In this document: positions 49,957-63,297 of the stretch, in pieces
Numbering within the stretch: position 1 is the stretch's first letter
Layout of the letters: every line of letters begins with the position of its first letter
NCBI RefSeq assembly: GCF_018350175.1
Contig: NC_058368.1
Coordinates: forward strand, 190,838,001-190,902,000
DNA: 64,000 bases
DNA from: Felis catus
Lineage: Eukaryota
Reading direction: 5' to 3'
Notes under the pieces: generated by a model
The model's database searches: none
Seen by the model: only the letters and a program-made list of their open reading frames with translations
Told to the model about the DNA's origin: nothing
Program-made: the position numbers and the translations under genes

Positions 49957-50795
49957 AAAACACCCAAGTCTTTTAGCAGAGGGTAATTTTCTGTTAAACT
50001 TAAGACTTTACTATTATTAAGGACTGGATTTACCTCTAAGTTTCCTGGCAGACATGGCAAGAAGGGAAATACTACTAGGGGATATCACTGCCATTTTCTG
50101 AACAAGGAAAGAATTATATATTTTTTTTCCCTTTTAGATAGCACTGAATCCCACAAGCATCCTGCTGCATGAGTCCTTATTTAAGGAAAACTGAGTAACT
50201 GTTAATATAGGGCATCCATTTTAGAAAAAAAGTATTTGAGGTGAATTGATGAATAAAAGAGCCAGTCTCAGAGAAACTGCATTGTGACATGTGCCTTTGA
50301 CCATGAGGAGGCCATCTCTGAGAGTGTGTGTATGGCTAAGTTCAAACTCATCCCTGATAGTGGGGGAAAAAAAAAAGAAAGAAAGAAAAAGAAAAAAACA
50401 ACAAGAAAAAAAAAACAGCTCTAGAATGTGCTTTTGGAAGATAGGCCTGTAAGTAATGGAAAATTCTTAGACACTTAATACTGGATAGAATGCTGTTTCA
50501 AATGGACAAGAGTGAAGTTAAATTCTTAGGTCAATGCATAAAGTGGGATTAAGTCAAAAATAAAAATTAATCTTGAAAATCTCTTTGGTTTCCCATAAGT
50601 AAAATATGGAATGCACAGTATTTTTTTGACCCAACATAGTGTGTGCATGTAAATATATGATGCTTACTGTAGTGTATAGTATTCCATAAAGATGACACAA
50701 AATAGATTGTTCTTAATTATGTGAGTCTGAATAATTAAAGAAATGTGAGTTAAAAGTGCATTTGAAATAACTTCTTTGTATCAACAGGACTAAAC

Positions 50796-51116
50796 CGGTG
50801 TTGTCCAAAAGAGATATAATGCAAGACGTAGGTGCAATTTAAAATTTTGGAATAGCTACATTAAAAAGTAAAGAGAAACAGGTGAAATTAAATTTAATAA
50901 CATTTTGTTTAACCCAATATACCCAAACTACTATCAATTCATCACATAACCATACTAAAAAATATAAATGAGATAGTTGGGGTTTTTGTATTAAGACTTC
51001 AAAATCTGGTATATATTTTATATTTATAGCATATCTAGATCTGGGCAAGCCACATTTCAAGCACTCCAGAGCTTTCCATGTGGCCCGTGGCTACCACATT
51101 TCCTGTATCAGTGCAG
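50796..51116 (+). mobile_element. MER33 (hAT-Charlie)
   Basis: gttgtccaaaagagatataatgcaag...acattaaaaagtaaagagaaacaggtgaaattaa...gccacatttcaagcactc...catgtggcccgtggctacc. Confidence 0.88.
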
Positions 51117-51837
51117 ATTTAAGCCTTTTCTACCCTTTGGCATTTTTTCCCAGATTTTAATTAATGAAAACTTCTAGTAAGCACCCAAATCACTGTGATC
51201 ATTTGGGCTGTGGTGGCCTGCACAGTCGTGTTTACCCCACAGCACTGGAATCTCAGACTGGATCCCCTGGAGTTGATCTTGTCTCAAAGACTGATACACA
51301 GTCCCAGCAGCTGTTCTGGTCTCCCCAATTCAACACCTCATTAAAGCCTCACTAGTCAGACGGCAGTGGCCAGGCTTAGAAGTGGGGAGGAGGAAGCGTC
51401 TTCTTCGAGAGGCCCGGGACCAGATGGCTTGCTCTGTGGGCTGTGCTGGTTCCTGAGTCACCAGATGCAAAGGCTCTAGCAGGGGGCCCAAGCAGGTGGT
51501 GTGTGATAAGTCAGGGTTAATGAGGCAAAAGAAAACCTAAGCCTCTTCACAGATTTGCTGGTAGAGACCAAGGGGAGCAGAGAAAGCTGATATTGGGGCC
51601 CCACCCTGGCTTCTGTGACCAAGTGTGCCCCACACCTCAGGTGATCTATAACAGACACCTCTTTAACAGTGTCTTCTTATAATTTGCCTTTGGAACAGAT
51701 CTGAGACTCACTGTAGAAACATTCCCATTTTTCTTCTCCCTAAATTCCTGGGGAGGCAGGTACTATTATTATTTCCCTCTTCTGACAGATACAGATAAGA
51801 AAACCCTAGACTTGTGGACATCAAGAGACATAGAATA

Positions 51838-52168
51838 ACAAAAGTTTCAAAGTAGGAGCCTGTGGGCTATTTGGGGCCAGCAGATGCAGTTTTGGGTATT
51901 TACCTAGAGTTTTAAATAAAAATAATACATAAATAAAAACTCAGGCATTTGGATTGTGGATTTCTCTTGCAAATCGTAAGATTTAGCAACGAGGCCCAAA
52001 TTCCTACATGATTACAACTGGCTGAGTAGTCACTTTGCTTTTCATGCAATCAGGGACTCCAGGTCCAGAGCATCACAGTCCCCTGACCCCCCAACCATCT
52101 TACCCCTGTGCCTCTTTATTTATTCATTACTTGTCAGTCCTTGTAGATCTTTGAATTTGGGGCCTTGG
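51838..52168 (+). mobile_element. MER102-like hAT element
   Basis: gcctgtgggctatttggggccagcagatg...ggatttctcttgcaaatcgtaagatttagcaacgaggcccaaattcc...ggctgagtag. Confidence 0.6.
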
Positions 52169-52201
52169 CTTAATGCATTAGACTTTAAGGGTATGTACAT
52201 T

Positions 52202-52202
<1 letters not shown>

Positions 52203-52248
<46 letters not shown>

Positions 52249-52447
52249 GTATTTATTTTGAGAGAGAGAAAAAAAGTGAAATAAGAGAAAGGGCAGAGAG
52301 AGAGAGAGAGGTAGAGAGAATCTAAAGCAGGCTCTGTTTTGTCAGCATGAAACCTGATGCAGGGCTCGAACTCACAAACTGGGAGATCATGACCTGAGGC
52401 AAAACCAACAGTTGGATGCTTAACTGGCTGAGCCATCCAGGCACCCC
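52203..52447 (-). mobile_element. Can-SINE with a (TTTC)n tail
   Basis: SINE body; TSD aa(g/t)g(g/a)tatgtacattt. Confidence 0.92.
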
Positions 52448-52853
52448 AATGATATGTACATTTTTTAAATGGAGGAAACTTTAAGCTACATAAATAAAGG
52501 CCCACGGCAGAAATTCAAACACCAATACTCTAGGGGAGAGGGAAATACTTATTTTTGTTATGGCCCTTCTCTAGGCTTTGATACCATGTGCCTTATCTCA
52601 GTCTTCTTGCCAACATTATGGAATCCATCCTATTATGTTTTCCATTTATTAGATGACAAAACCAATGCACAGAGACCGAGAATGGTGCTCAAAACCATGA
52701 TCATGTAAACTGTTAGTGGGTAGGTTGCAATGAGCTCCATTTGCCATCTTTCTATTCCTTTATAGTGTTCCTCTCACTCAATGCTCAAGGAATAGTGTGA
52801 CCTTTTCCCTACACAGTGTTCTTTAGATAAAGCCTTTGAAAGAAATACAGTGT

Positions 52854-53086
52854 TTTTTTTTTTAATTACTTATTTTTGAGAGAGAGCGAGAGACAAAGAT
52901 GGGGAGGAGAGACAGAGAGAGAGACGAGAGACAAAGACAGAGAGGAGAGAGAGACAGAGAGGATCCCAAGCAGCCTCTGTGCTGTTAGCTCAGAGCCTGA
53001 CATGGGGCTTGAACTCACAGACTGTGAGATCATGACCTGAGCCAAAAGCAAGACTCAGAGGCTTAATGAACTGAGCCACGTGCCCC
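52854..53086 (-). mobile_element. Can-SINE
   Basis: Poly-T, (GA)-rich, ggatcccaagcagcctctg...gaactgagccacgtgcccc. Confidence 0.9.
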
Positions 53087-53339
53087 AGAAAGCAACACAA
53101 TTTGAGTCGTAATATCTAATGGGTCTCCTAAAATCTTATACAAGTTCCTTAGCCTCTTGAGATTCAGAATTTTCTAAATAGCACAACACATTTTCAGCAG
53201 TGGAAATTGGGAGGTATGCTTGGGGGAGAGTACAGGTTCAGAAAATGCTGATTTCCCTCCCCCCTCAATCTACTTAACTAAATAAGCTGTTAGAGCAGTT
53301 ACTGTAATTGCCCATCTACCATGTGTGCTTACAGCCATG

Positions 53340-53705
53340 AGTAGATGTGACTCCTCTCTCCGTTCCAAGAGAAGACCCTGCTTAATTCAACCCCATCAGG
53401 GTCATCTGATTCCACCTGCACAGTGATTGGCTCAGGTTAGGTGTGTGAAATAAGTTGGTCCACTCAGAGTGAATCCCCATGTTTTGTTTGAGGTGAGGGG
53501 GTGGGGGAAAAAAAAGAGAGGCTATTGTAGATTCTGGATGTGCAATATACTATTGGAACAGCTGCTGCCATTTTGCAACCATGAGTGAAACCATGTGAGG
53601 AGAAGCCAACTTCGAGTTCCTACAAAACTGAGGGAATCCCAGAAAAAAAATGGATCAAAACTCCAGTCAAAGCCTCGTTCTTTCTGGACTTTTACATTAT
53701 CTAGC
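53340..53705 (+). mobile_element. MaLR LTR fragment (MLT1-type, old)
   Basis: cacagtgattggctcagg...ggtccactcagagtgaatccc...gctgctgccattttgcaaccatgagtgaaacc...gaagccaac...tctggacttttaca. Confidence 0.6.
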
Positions 53706-54400
53706 AGCCGAGAGCATTCGCCCTAATCCAGACACAGCTGTTAGGTATAGTTGAAAGCACTCTTCTGGTGCTTTCAATTTATTTAAGTCCAAGATGACGA
53801 ATATCAGGGGACCATGCTAACCAATGTACTCTCCTACTGACTGGCTAGCATACTTGTAACAGCAACTTGTCATTCCAGTGATTCAGCCATCCCAGTGGGG
53901 ATGGAGAAGTAGTATGAGGCAAGGCAGCTGGAGAGCTGGCCCTTCCATCTACAGGGGCTCCTCCTGGGCTACCACACTCATCAAGACAGCAGCTGATAGC
54001 ATTGGCTTTGAAGTTAGAGTAACTTCATATATTTGGGTCAAAGCAGGCACTTTCTTAATGCAAAGTGTTGGGAGACCCGGAAGACCAGAATGTGGCACTT
54101 GTTGTAATATCAGTCGGTGACCTACCTATGAGTGGGTGGTTTGTGTCAACTGTGCCTTCCACCTTCCCTAGAGGAACACAATTATACAAAGAAAGAAAAG
54201 GAGTGGATCATGCCAAGACTTTCAGAAAAGCCAGGACTGTTTCCTGAGTGCTTTTTATATTTTCTATTCTTATGCCATTGTATTGGGGTAAAAAGGGAGC
54301 CATAGGGGTTCTTGAAGCTGTGAGCATGGGTAAGACACCACAATGGATATGAGCAAAATGAGTGAATCCTCCTCAAGTCTTAGTGCTTTAAAGTTTAAGA

Positions 54401-54670
54401 CAGGGGTCCCAAACTCAAATGCCTACAGAGGCTGGCAGGTGACTTTAACGAATGGACGCCCAAGTAGAAGTCTGGAGACTGTAGATCCTGATAGGGACAT
54501 GTCTACTTAGCTCCAGTTGAACATTTCTGACAAGAATCTTAAAATGTGTTTTTTTTTTAATGTAAAATTTCTTTAATGTGAAATTTTCATTCATTTTTTT
54601 TCCTCTCTCAACACTGACAAGATTAAACGAAACACGTAGGTGGGTGGATTTGGCCCTCACACTAAAGACA
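54401..54670 (-). mobile_element. MER102-like hAT element
   Basis: caggggtcccaaactcaaatgcctacagaggctggcaggtgac...ctacttagctccag. Confidence 0.6.
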
Positions 54671-55730
54671 ATTGAGGGAGCTGGCTGGATTACCAGAAAG
54701 GAATAAGAGGTGGTAGCTTTTTGTTTCTAAGGAATCCAAGTGGAGAGTGACTGAATGAGGTGGTGAAAGTGGATGGAGAGCTGTGGCTCCCCCATGTAGG
54801 TTAGACACAGACACCTCAGGGCACAGGGTTTCCGTTGGGATGGCTACATAGACTCCTGTCAGGACCGAAGCCAAATGTACTACTGTTGGGAGATTCCACA
54901 ACGATTCCTGTGACCAAAAGTAGCAGCAGAGAACAGAGCCACGGGCATAGCTACTTGATCTCAAAATGACCTCATGGGTGTTAGATAGTACCGGTGACCA
55001 CTGTCAGGGTCTGTAGCTGAGGCTGTCTCCCAGCTTGGGGAAGGGAGCCCACTGAAATTCCTGATATGTGCTTCTCATCAATCTTAGTGAAGTACTCTGA
55101 GGAATTAGAGAAAGGTAAATAACAAAAATGAAGACATCTGACATGCCACAGAGTAGTCATAACCGGTATGGTGGGGACAGTCATTTCCACATGAAAAAAA
55201 AAAATCACGAGTGTTCTCCAACATTCAAGGTTCACAAAGCTGGTGAACGCCTCAGGTGCACTCAAACCCTAGACTCCAGTCCCAAGTCCCCTCGGATCCA
55301 GGCTGCTTCTCCAGGTGTTCTTCCCATACTGAACCCCCCCTTTTTTTCACTGTTGTTTACATTTTGTATACTACCTAGATAGCAGTGGCGGTCTGATCCA
55401 GAAATTCCAAGAGTATTTGACTAAAATATTTTTTTTTCTCTACTATCTGTTAACTGTATGGAATGAACATTCCAGAGGACATACTTTGAGAAATGCTGCA
55501 TTATGCACCTAATGGTATAGAAAATAAATGATTTCAAGGTAAATTTCCACTGCCCGTTTTACCGCCATTACTATTATTTCAGTCCATTAAAACAAAATTT
55601 AGATGAAGTGTCTATGGCCATGACATCCCATTTTTTGATTGCTCTTGAATATTTTTAAATCCTTTTTTGTGAGATCCTAAGTCCAGTTGCTACGTAATCA
55701 AAGCCAGTTTCTAGAAGAAGCTCTCTCAAA

Positions 55731-56485
55731 TTGTGGAATACCATGTGCTCTGAAATTCGAACCCACGGGATGTTAATTTATGGAGGTGATGGACTGATGA
55801 CATGCCGAGGCCAATGCCATTTCCTGAGGGAAAGGGGCTGCCATGCTGTGCAGGGCCATGTGCAGAAGAAGCACCAGGTTTGGGCAGGCAGAAGGGGGAG
55901 TGGGGTGGAGGCTGGACAAAAGCCTTCAGTGGGTTTTCCCCAGGAAAGGGAAGGCCAGGCAGAGTAAATGGTTTATCTTTCTCTGTATACCATATGTTTT
56001 CACTCTTATGTGGATCCTGAGAAATGTAACAGAAGACCATGGGGAAGGGGAAGGAGGAAAAAAAAAAATTAGAGAGGGAGGGAGCCAAGCCATAAGAGAA
56101 TTAAAAACTGAGAATAAACTGAGGGTTAATGGGAGGTGGGAGGGAGGGGAAAGTAGGTGATGGGCCTTGAGGAGGGCACCTGTTGGGATGAGCACTGGGT
56201 GTTGCATGGAAACCAATTTGACAATAAATTCCATATTAAAAATAAATGGTTTAGGATTGGCCAGTCTGAATGATTCCAATGATCTCTGGGCCACATCTAA
56301 TCTAAAACATTAGATGATTTAGGACAGGGGAAACCAGAATGGCGTCATTAGAGAGTTGGATAAGGAGGTGGCTGGGACCTGACTTCGAACTGGTTGATTG
56401 TCCACAGCAGGTATGCTCCCCAGCGAGGTGGTACTGTCCTTAGGAATTAGCTAGCTCTGGGTTTGTGAAGTCCCCAAATGCGAGA
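55731..56485 (-). mobile_element. ERVL-class LTR (MER54/73/74/88-like), interrupted by an L1
   Basis: gtttaggattggccagtctgaatgattcc...gataaggaggtggctggg...taggaattagctagctctggg. Confidence 0.6.
55976..56242 (+). mobile_element. Young felid L1 (L1_Fc-like) 3' end with a short 5' inversion
   Basis: catatgttttcactcttatgtggatcctgagaaa...gagcactgggtgttgcatggaaaccaatttgacaataaattccatatt; TSD taaatggttta. Confidence 0.92.
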
Positions 56486-59254
56486 GCATCGAGCATAGTG
56501 AAAATAAGAGAATACAGTTAATATAAGTGGCCTTGTTTTAAATGGATGCCAGAGATAGATACAAAATCTAAATAAAAACGCTCTTCAAAATTCATGGCAA
56601 CTGAACATGCGGTTGTCAGGATGAAGGCAACAGCCAGTGGGAGATCCCCAGGAGGTCCTCATGAAAGTAAGTCCTGTCAACAGAGGCCAAGTGCAAAGAA
56701 CACTGGCGCCAACTACGATAGTACTAGTCGAGAGAGACTTTTCTGCCCTTGTTCTCTTCTCCCTTGGAATTACCGAAATGAGACTGTTTGGGGGACTCAA
56801 ACTGCCTAGATGATTCTTCATTATCAGAGTGTGACCAGAAAAGTCATAGGGTCGGCCCTATGTTTATTCAGCAAAAGGGGAAACTCTGGGTGTATTGAGT
56901 GGGTTTGAACAGGTTATATTGTGTATGAGAGAATAATCTTGCTGTCTGATTGCATGTTATGATTCTCACTTGCTCAATGTACTGGTTCTACCATAGCATT
57001 GTACAAAAACATACACATATCTAAACAAATACCATATTTTGTTGGCTACATTCTACTCAATGGGGCTCAACAATACCAAAGGATTCCTTAAAAGTAAAAA
57101 CAGAATATAGAAAGCATGGAGTCTGAAATGTTCTTTCAAAGTACTTTTCAGTTCATTTAACACTGACAATTGTATGGGTTTTCCTTTCTTCTTTCTTCTT
57201 TTTTTCTTTCTAAGTTCACTGAATTAACACTCAATGTCTAAAATAGCTATTGCTTGTAGTTCAAGGATATTGTGAGTTCCAATGAAGCTTCTTGTGAACC
57301 CATAAAATATCTTTCTCTTAAAAAAAATCCCTGCTGAGATCATGGTGCTAAGATCTATGTTGGGACTAACCTGTTACTTAAATTGGCAATTTCATCTGGT
57401 CCAGGTGTGTATTTTTAAAACAAAAGGATTTAGTTTACCTATCAGATGGTACTTGATTAGGGTTCCCAGAGTCATCGTTATAACTGAAGCAGCCAGGATG
57501 TGTCCCTCCCTCGGGTAGCAATTTTCCTCTACAATGATCCTGCTGAAGAAGTTCGGGATTTACCATTCACTGTGTTCCAATTCCCCTGCGTGCAACATTT
57601 AGCTACAGAAGCATTACAGTATGCCCTATTTTCTTGAAGGCATATTTCTTTTCTCCAGTTTCAGATATGGTTCTTCTATGTCCTGATCTTGAAATGAAGT
57701 TCAAATGCCTTTCTTCAAAAGTTTTAAACTTCAGGTCTTTTTATGGCCTTGTTCGAATATAATGATTACAATTTGGTCTTTCTGGATGGTGGGGTGAAAA
57801 ATGATGTTCACTGAGTGTTTTATTGCTTCTAATCCACTCCCTTCCACAGCTACTCTATCAAATTAATTCTGCTTCTGCTTTGGCTGCTCCTGTCCATGTA
57901 CATTCAATTCATAACTGGAATGCTCCCCTCCCACCTTATTTATAGATTTTTTACTAATTTTTCAAAGATTAACTCAAAACTCACTGCCCTTACTTGGTTA
58001 AAAAGCAAACACAGAACTGCATCTGGAAGGTGCCAACACATAGGTCTGCAGATCCCTAAAGATCCCCATGCCATCCTCCTACACTTCAAGTTCAAGAACC
58101 AGCCACGCAGATTTCTTGGAAGTTATCCAGTTCTTGGCTTGGTTTGGTGATAAATCATGGGGAGACTGGGGCTAGCCCAGCCTGCTCGGACATTAGTGAT
58201 GAGGAAGAGGCCACAGCTGACTGTTGCCTGCAGGCAAGGCAAATCACAACTACGCAGATGGATTGCCTCTCTCCCTCCAATTTCTCACTCTGAGGCCCCA
58301 GGGAACTTAACCTTCAGGCCCCAGTGCATCCTATTCCAAGAAATGTTCTATTTCTCCTGTGTGTCTTTCTTTTCTCCTTTCTGCCTGTCTCAGATTTGGC
58401 CACCTCCTTCCCCAAGGGCTTCCTGGTTTCTGTTCCTGTGCCCCTGATTTAGTCCTCCAGGATTCTATCAGGCTTCCTCATAATCCTAACATGCTGAATT
58501 GGGGGCCAGAAGCTTCCAGGGAAATATACACTTCTCTAGGAGCTGTCTGCAGCTGTTGGTATACCTGGGAGTGTTTGCTTTATTGCAGTGGGATTAGCTA
58601 CAAGTGTTGGCTTGCAGAAGGGACTGGAGGATAGGGGAGTCATAGTGTATCTTGTCCCTTCCTATCTTTTGGATGGATTGAAGCCTCTTGGGAGAGACAG
58701 ACTAGGGGAAGAAGCTGTTAGAACAAGTCAGCACAGATTTCTAAATAAGAGATAGGCTGCTTTGTGGCCCATGAGGAACAAAAGAGACACAGAGTTGTAA
58801 GGAGATTTTTCTTCTTTTTCTGCAAGGATCTCAGATGTGCTCTGACGTCTTCCATCACCACTAACCTCAGGAGAAGCTATAGCCTGAACCACCAGTATGA
58901 GCTTTGACATCTGAAGACATTCCATGATGGGGTGGGAGAGGATGGGGGGGGACATCTCTAAATGGGCTTGTGGGTAGGGGAAGTCAGCTCAAGTGAGACA
59001 GGATAATAGGGGTAATGGTGGCTGCAGCCGAAAGACTGGTTTATGGGGACAAGCAAGGGACCCCTTTGTAGATGGTTAAAACAATGGATGGGGGTACTGT
59101 GGAGAGAGCTTATAGCTTGCAGTAATTAAGGCAGGGAAAACCTGCACCAACATACTGTTGATATAAAAAGGAAGTTGGGAGAGGACATCCCACATTGCCA
59201 GAGGCTGGTGGAGCCTGGCATATTTTGCAAGTTAATGGTGCAGGATAATATAGT

Positions 59255-59450
59255 TAATAGCTATCATTTACTTAGTGCTTCCTGTATGCCAGTCACTACC
59301 TTGCAATCTTTCTCCACGTGCATTAGCTTAATCTTTGTAACAATCCTCTAGCATTGGCACTATTATCATCACCATTTCATAGTTGGGGAAACTAGGGGTT
59401 AGAGCAGTTTAGTAAATTCCTGAGGTCATAGCTACAAAGTCCTGAGCCCC
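59255..59450 (-). mobile_element. MIR
   Basis: atagctatcatttacttagtgcttcctgtatgccag...ccatttcatagttggggaaactaggggttagagcag. Confidence 0.8.
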
Positions 59451-60021
59451 TGAGACCCCATGCACATATGGAAAGTTAATATTACCCTAATAGCACAGCA
59501 AAATGGACTCTGGGAACACAGTGAACATCCATCTTTCCTTATACCATGAGTTATGAGGTTTACTTTCTACCTGTTACCCCGATTATCCTTTTAAGAATCT
59601 CAAATTTGAGAGGACACATCTCTAAACCGGTTTCAGCTTCAATCAGGACCCAAATTAAATCTGTTTCCTTTCAAACCCAGCTGGCTGCTCTTTCTGCGAC
59701 CAGCTGGAGCACCCCCCTACCTCACCAGAGAGCTGTCAGCAGGGCTGTGGTGGCCCATCTTCAGGACGCCCTGGCTTGCCACTGGCAGATACTATGTCAA
59801 AGAGAGGAGACAAACTGCTATGGAAGTGCTAAGGAGTACATCTGAGCTGCCTACAGGAGAGGAATGTCTGCAGCCAGGTTTAGAGCCATTGTGAGTGTGC
59901 AAAGGCATACAGGGTAGGTGGCCTCCAGAGTGTTTGCAGGAGACCCTGACACGTGATGCCTACACAAGGGTGAAGCATTTTGAAGACTACCCGGGACTAC
60001 ATCTCCACCTTCAGTGTCCTA

Positions 60022-60228
60022 TAGTTTCTCCACCTTGCATTATTGGCTAACAGTTCTTTGCTATGTGGGTTGTCCTGTGCACTGTAGAGCCTCTAGCAGC
60101 ATCTGTGGCCTCTACTCACTAGATGGTAGCCACCACTCCCCCTAACCCAACTTGTCATCTCCAAAAATATCTTCAGACGTTGCCAAATGTCTCTTAGGGG
60201 ACAAAATCGCCCCCACTTGAGAACCACT
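60022..60228 (-). mobile_element. MER20
   Basis: ttgtcctgtgcactgtagagcctctagcagcatctgtggcctctactcactagatg...ttgccaaatgtctcttaggggacaaaatcgcccccacttgagaaccact. Confidence 0.88.
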
Positions 60229-60616
60229 TCACTTTCCCATCTTCACAAAGCAGTGGTTGGATAGGGAGAACTGGATGAGGCTAGGAGTCAGGAGACATGA
60301 GGTCCAGGCTCCAATTTAGCTCTTCCTAAATGGCACTGAGAAACTCTCTGTTGTTTTCTGGGCCTCAGTTTCCAGATCTGTAAAATTACAGGGTTGAGAA
60401 GAATGATCTTTTAATTTAGGAAACCTTCCTTCCATGCTATTTGAAGTCTCTAATAGTGTCATACAAAACAAAACAGAGCAACTAGCCGCAGTTCAAAACT
60501 GGTGTCGGAGGGAGTCATTCCAACCCATCTGGTTTATGGATTAAACAGCTTATTTCTTGGCAAACACAAAGTAAGCCTTGTGGACACCACAGGAATGATT
60601 CAAATATAATACAGAT

Positions 60617-60797
60617 CAGTGTTCCTCAAAAGGCAGTCATGGGACAGTCACACAAAATACTATTTAAAAACATAAGATTCCTCGGTCAATACCAAATCTA
60701 ATGAATCATTATAACCATTATACTTGCAGAGGCCTGGAAATCTGTATTTTAATACACTCCCTGAGTAATATTGTGCATATTAAAGTCTGACAACTAC
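60617..60797 (+). mobile_element. MER5B-like MITE
   Basis: cagtgttcctcaaa...ggcctggaaatctgtattttaatacactccctgagtaatattgtgcatattaaagtctga. Confidence 0.7.
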
Positions 60798-61389
60798 AGA
60801 TATAGATGATGTTCCCAAGGAATCTGCAATCTCTTTGAAGATACAGAAACCAATTTTTAAAACGTGAAAAGCCATATATCTTTAAAGATGGTAAGCACCG
60901 GGAAGTTGCCAGAAGGAGAGGCAATGGCTGAAATACCACTCAAACCTTCCTATCACTATGACCAATGATTTTGAAGGCCATTTCGTGTGCTATTGGTCAT
61001 TCATAAATCTTCTTTTGTGCAATGCTTGTGGGCTTTTTTGCCCATTTTTTTGAGTTGTCTTTTATTGGTGATTATAGTAACTCTTCATGTATTGATACAA
61101 ATCATTTATCAAATCTCTATAATGCAGATATTTTCTGTCTCTTGCTTGTCTTTTCTTCTCCTTAATGCTGTCTTTTGATGAGTAGATGTTTTTATACTGA
61201 AAAAATCAAATTAATTATATACTCTTTTATGTTTATGTGCTTCTTATGTCCTAAGAAATCCTTGCTATCCTATACTCATGAAGATAACCTTGTATATTTT
61301 CTTCCAGAAATTTAATAGTCTTAGTCTGTGATCCATTTCAAATTAATTTTGCTGTGTAGGGTAAGGAAGGGGCTGAATTTCCTCTTTTT

Positions 61390-61609
61390 AATTTTTTTTT
61401 TTTTTACGATTTATTCACTTTTTGAGAGACAGAGACAGAGTGCTATCAGGGCAGGAGCAGAGAGAGGGAGGGAGACACAGAATCCGAAGCAGGCTCCAGG
61501 CTCTGAGCTGTCAGCACAGAGCCCGATGCAGGGCTCAAACTCACGAACCGTTAGATCATGACCTGAGATGAAGTTGGAGGCTTAACCGAGTGAGCCACCC
61601 CGGGACCCC
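61390..61609 (-). mobile_element. Can-SINE
   Basis: gagacacagaatccgaagcaggctccagg...gagccaccccgggacccc. Confidence 0.94.
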
Positions 61610-61625
61610 TGAATATCCACTTTTT

Positions 61626-61859
61626 TTTATTTTTTATTTTTATTTTTTTTAACGTTTATTTATTTTTGAGACAGAGAGAGAGACAGAGCATGAATGGGGG
61701 AGGGTCAGAGAGAGAGAGAGGGAGACACAGAATCTGAAACAGGCTCCAGGCTCTGAGCTGTCAGCACAGAGCCCGATGCGGGGCTTGAACTCACGAACCG
61801 TGAGATCATGACCTGAGCCGAAGTCGGATGCTTAAACGACTGAGCCACCCAGGCGCCCC
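61626..61859 (-). mobile_element. Can-SINE
   Basis: gagacacagaatctgaaacaggctccagg...gagccacccaggcgcccc. Confidence 0.95.
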
Positions 61860-63085
61860 TGAATATCCTCTTTTTAAAACCTAAGTTTGCTTTTGCTAGC
61901 ACCACTTGTAAAAAAACAAAAACAAAAACAAAAACAAAACCTCTCCTCTCTCCCACCTGAACTGCCTTGCTACCCATGTCAAAAATCAGTTCACTCTATA
62001 GGTATTGGCTATATATACTTGAGTATGTATATATACTTGAGTGCATTTCTGGATTTTCTTTTCTGTCCTATCCTTCAATTTTTCAGTTCTTTCACCAAGT
62101 ACCATATCATGTTGATTCTGCAGCTTTATACCAAATTTGGTACTAGGAGATATTCAACTTTTTTCTTTTTCAAGACTCTTTTGGCTATTCTTACTCCTCT
62201 GCGTTTCCACATAAATTTAGAAATAATGTGTATCTACAAAAAAAAAAAAGTCTCTTTGGCATGTGGACTGTGATTCTATTAAAACTATAAATTAGAGAGA
62301 AAATGGAGAAATGGCATTATGATGCAGTAATACTCAGTTTTCCAGTCTAAGATATATGTATTTAATTTCTCTTCTAAAGAGTAGTCTGTCTCCCATCACA
62401 GGTAGGTCTTTCTGTGTTTGGCTATCGTACTGACATTCATAGGTTAGCAAATGGTGAGAAGTCTCCCAGCTAACATGGTTCATTTAATTTCCTCTTTTAG
62501 GAATTTAAATTTGAGGAGGTGAATTCTTCAGATTCAACATCCAAAAAAATAAGGTTTGGGGTTTTTTGAGTTTTCCAAAGATGATCTAGCTCCTGCATTT
62601 CTGTAGACTTCAGCTGTTAGGCTTTTTCTTTAATTTAGTGAGTTATTCAATACCCTTTTAGACATTTCTTTCAGGAAGGTACACTGTTGCTTATGGCCAA
62701 AAAACTCTAATGTGACTTTTAACATTATTATAGATGAACATAATTTGAATTAAATTAATCCATATTATAATTGCTTTTAAGATATTCTCTGTTGGTTCAT
62801 GTTCAATTTTTTTGATATGATACCAATTTGTACCCTAAGCAAAAATGACTTTTTGGAAAAATTCAGAGCAACAGAAGCGATATAAAAAATCTTAAAACAT
62901 CAGTCATTTCATGAATTATATACTAATCATTCAGAGTTAATTGGAAGCATAGCCTGTGGAATAATTCTTCTATTTTAACATTTGTCTCAAGTAATATCCT
63001 AGAAGGGAGCTGAGAAGATAATAGTGAACATACAATTATTTTCGTTTCTTCCAAGATGCTCAAGAAATAAATGAATTTAAATTTA

Positions 63086-63297
63086 TTTTTTTTTCAACGT
63101 TTATTTATTTTTGGGACAGAGAGAGACAGAGCATGAACAGGGGAGGGGCAGAGAGAGAGGGAGACACAGAATCCGAAACAGGCTCCAGGCTCTGAGCCAT
63201 CAGCCCAGAGCCTGACGCGGGGCTCGAAGTCACAGACCGCGAGATCGTGACCTGGCTGAAGTCGGACGCTTAACCGACTGCGCCACCCAGGCGCCCC
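63086..63297 (-). mobile_element. Young SINEC_Fc-type SINE
   Basis: CpG-rich body; perfect 17-bp TSD aaatgaatttaaattta (63069-63085 / 63298-63314). Confidence 0.97.

Larger units (their letters stand above)
60950..62360 (-). mobile_element. Old L1M ORF2/3' fragment interrupted by two SINEs
   Basis: gtgtgctattggtcattcataaatcttcttttgtgcaatgc...ttttgcccatttt...tttttcaagactcttttggctattctt. Confidence 0.8.

Noticed and set aside
57480..57780. Minus-strand peptide KDLKFKTFEERHLNF... faintly like a CR1/L3 C-terminus
   Set aside because: Similarity too weak to support by eye.
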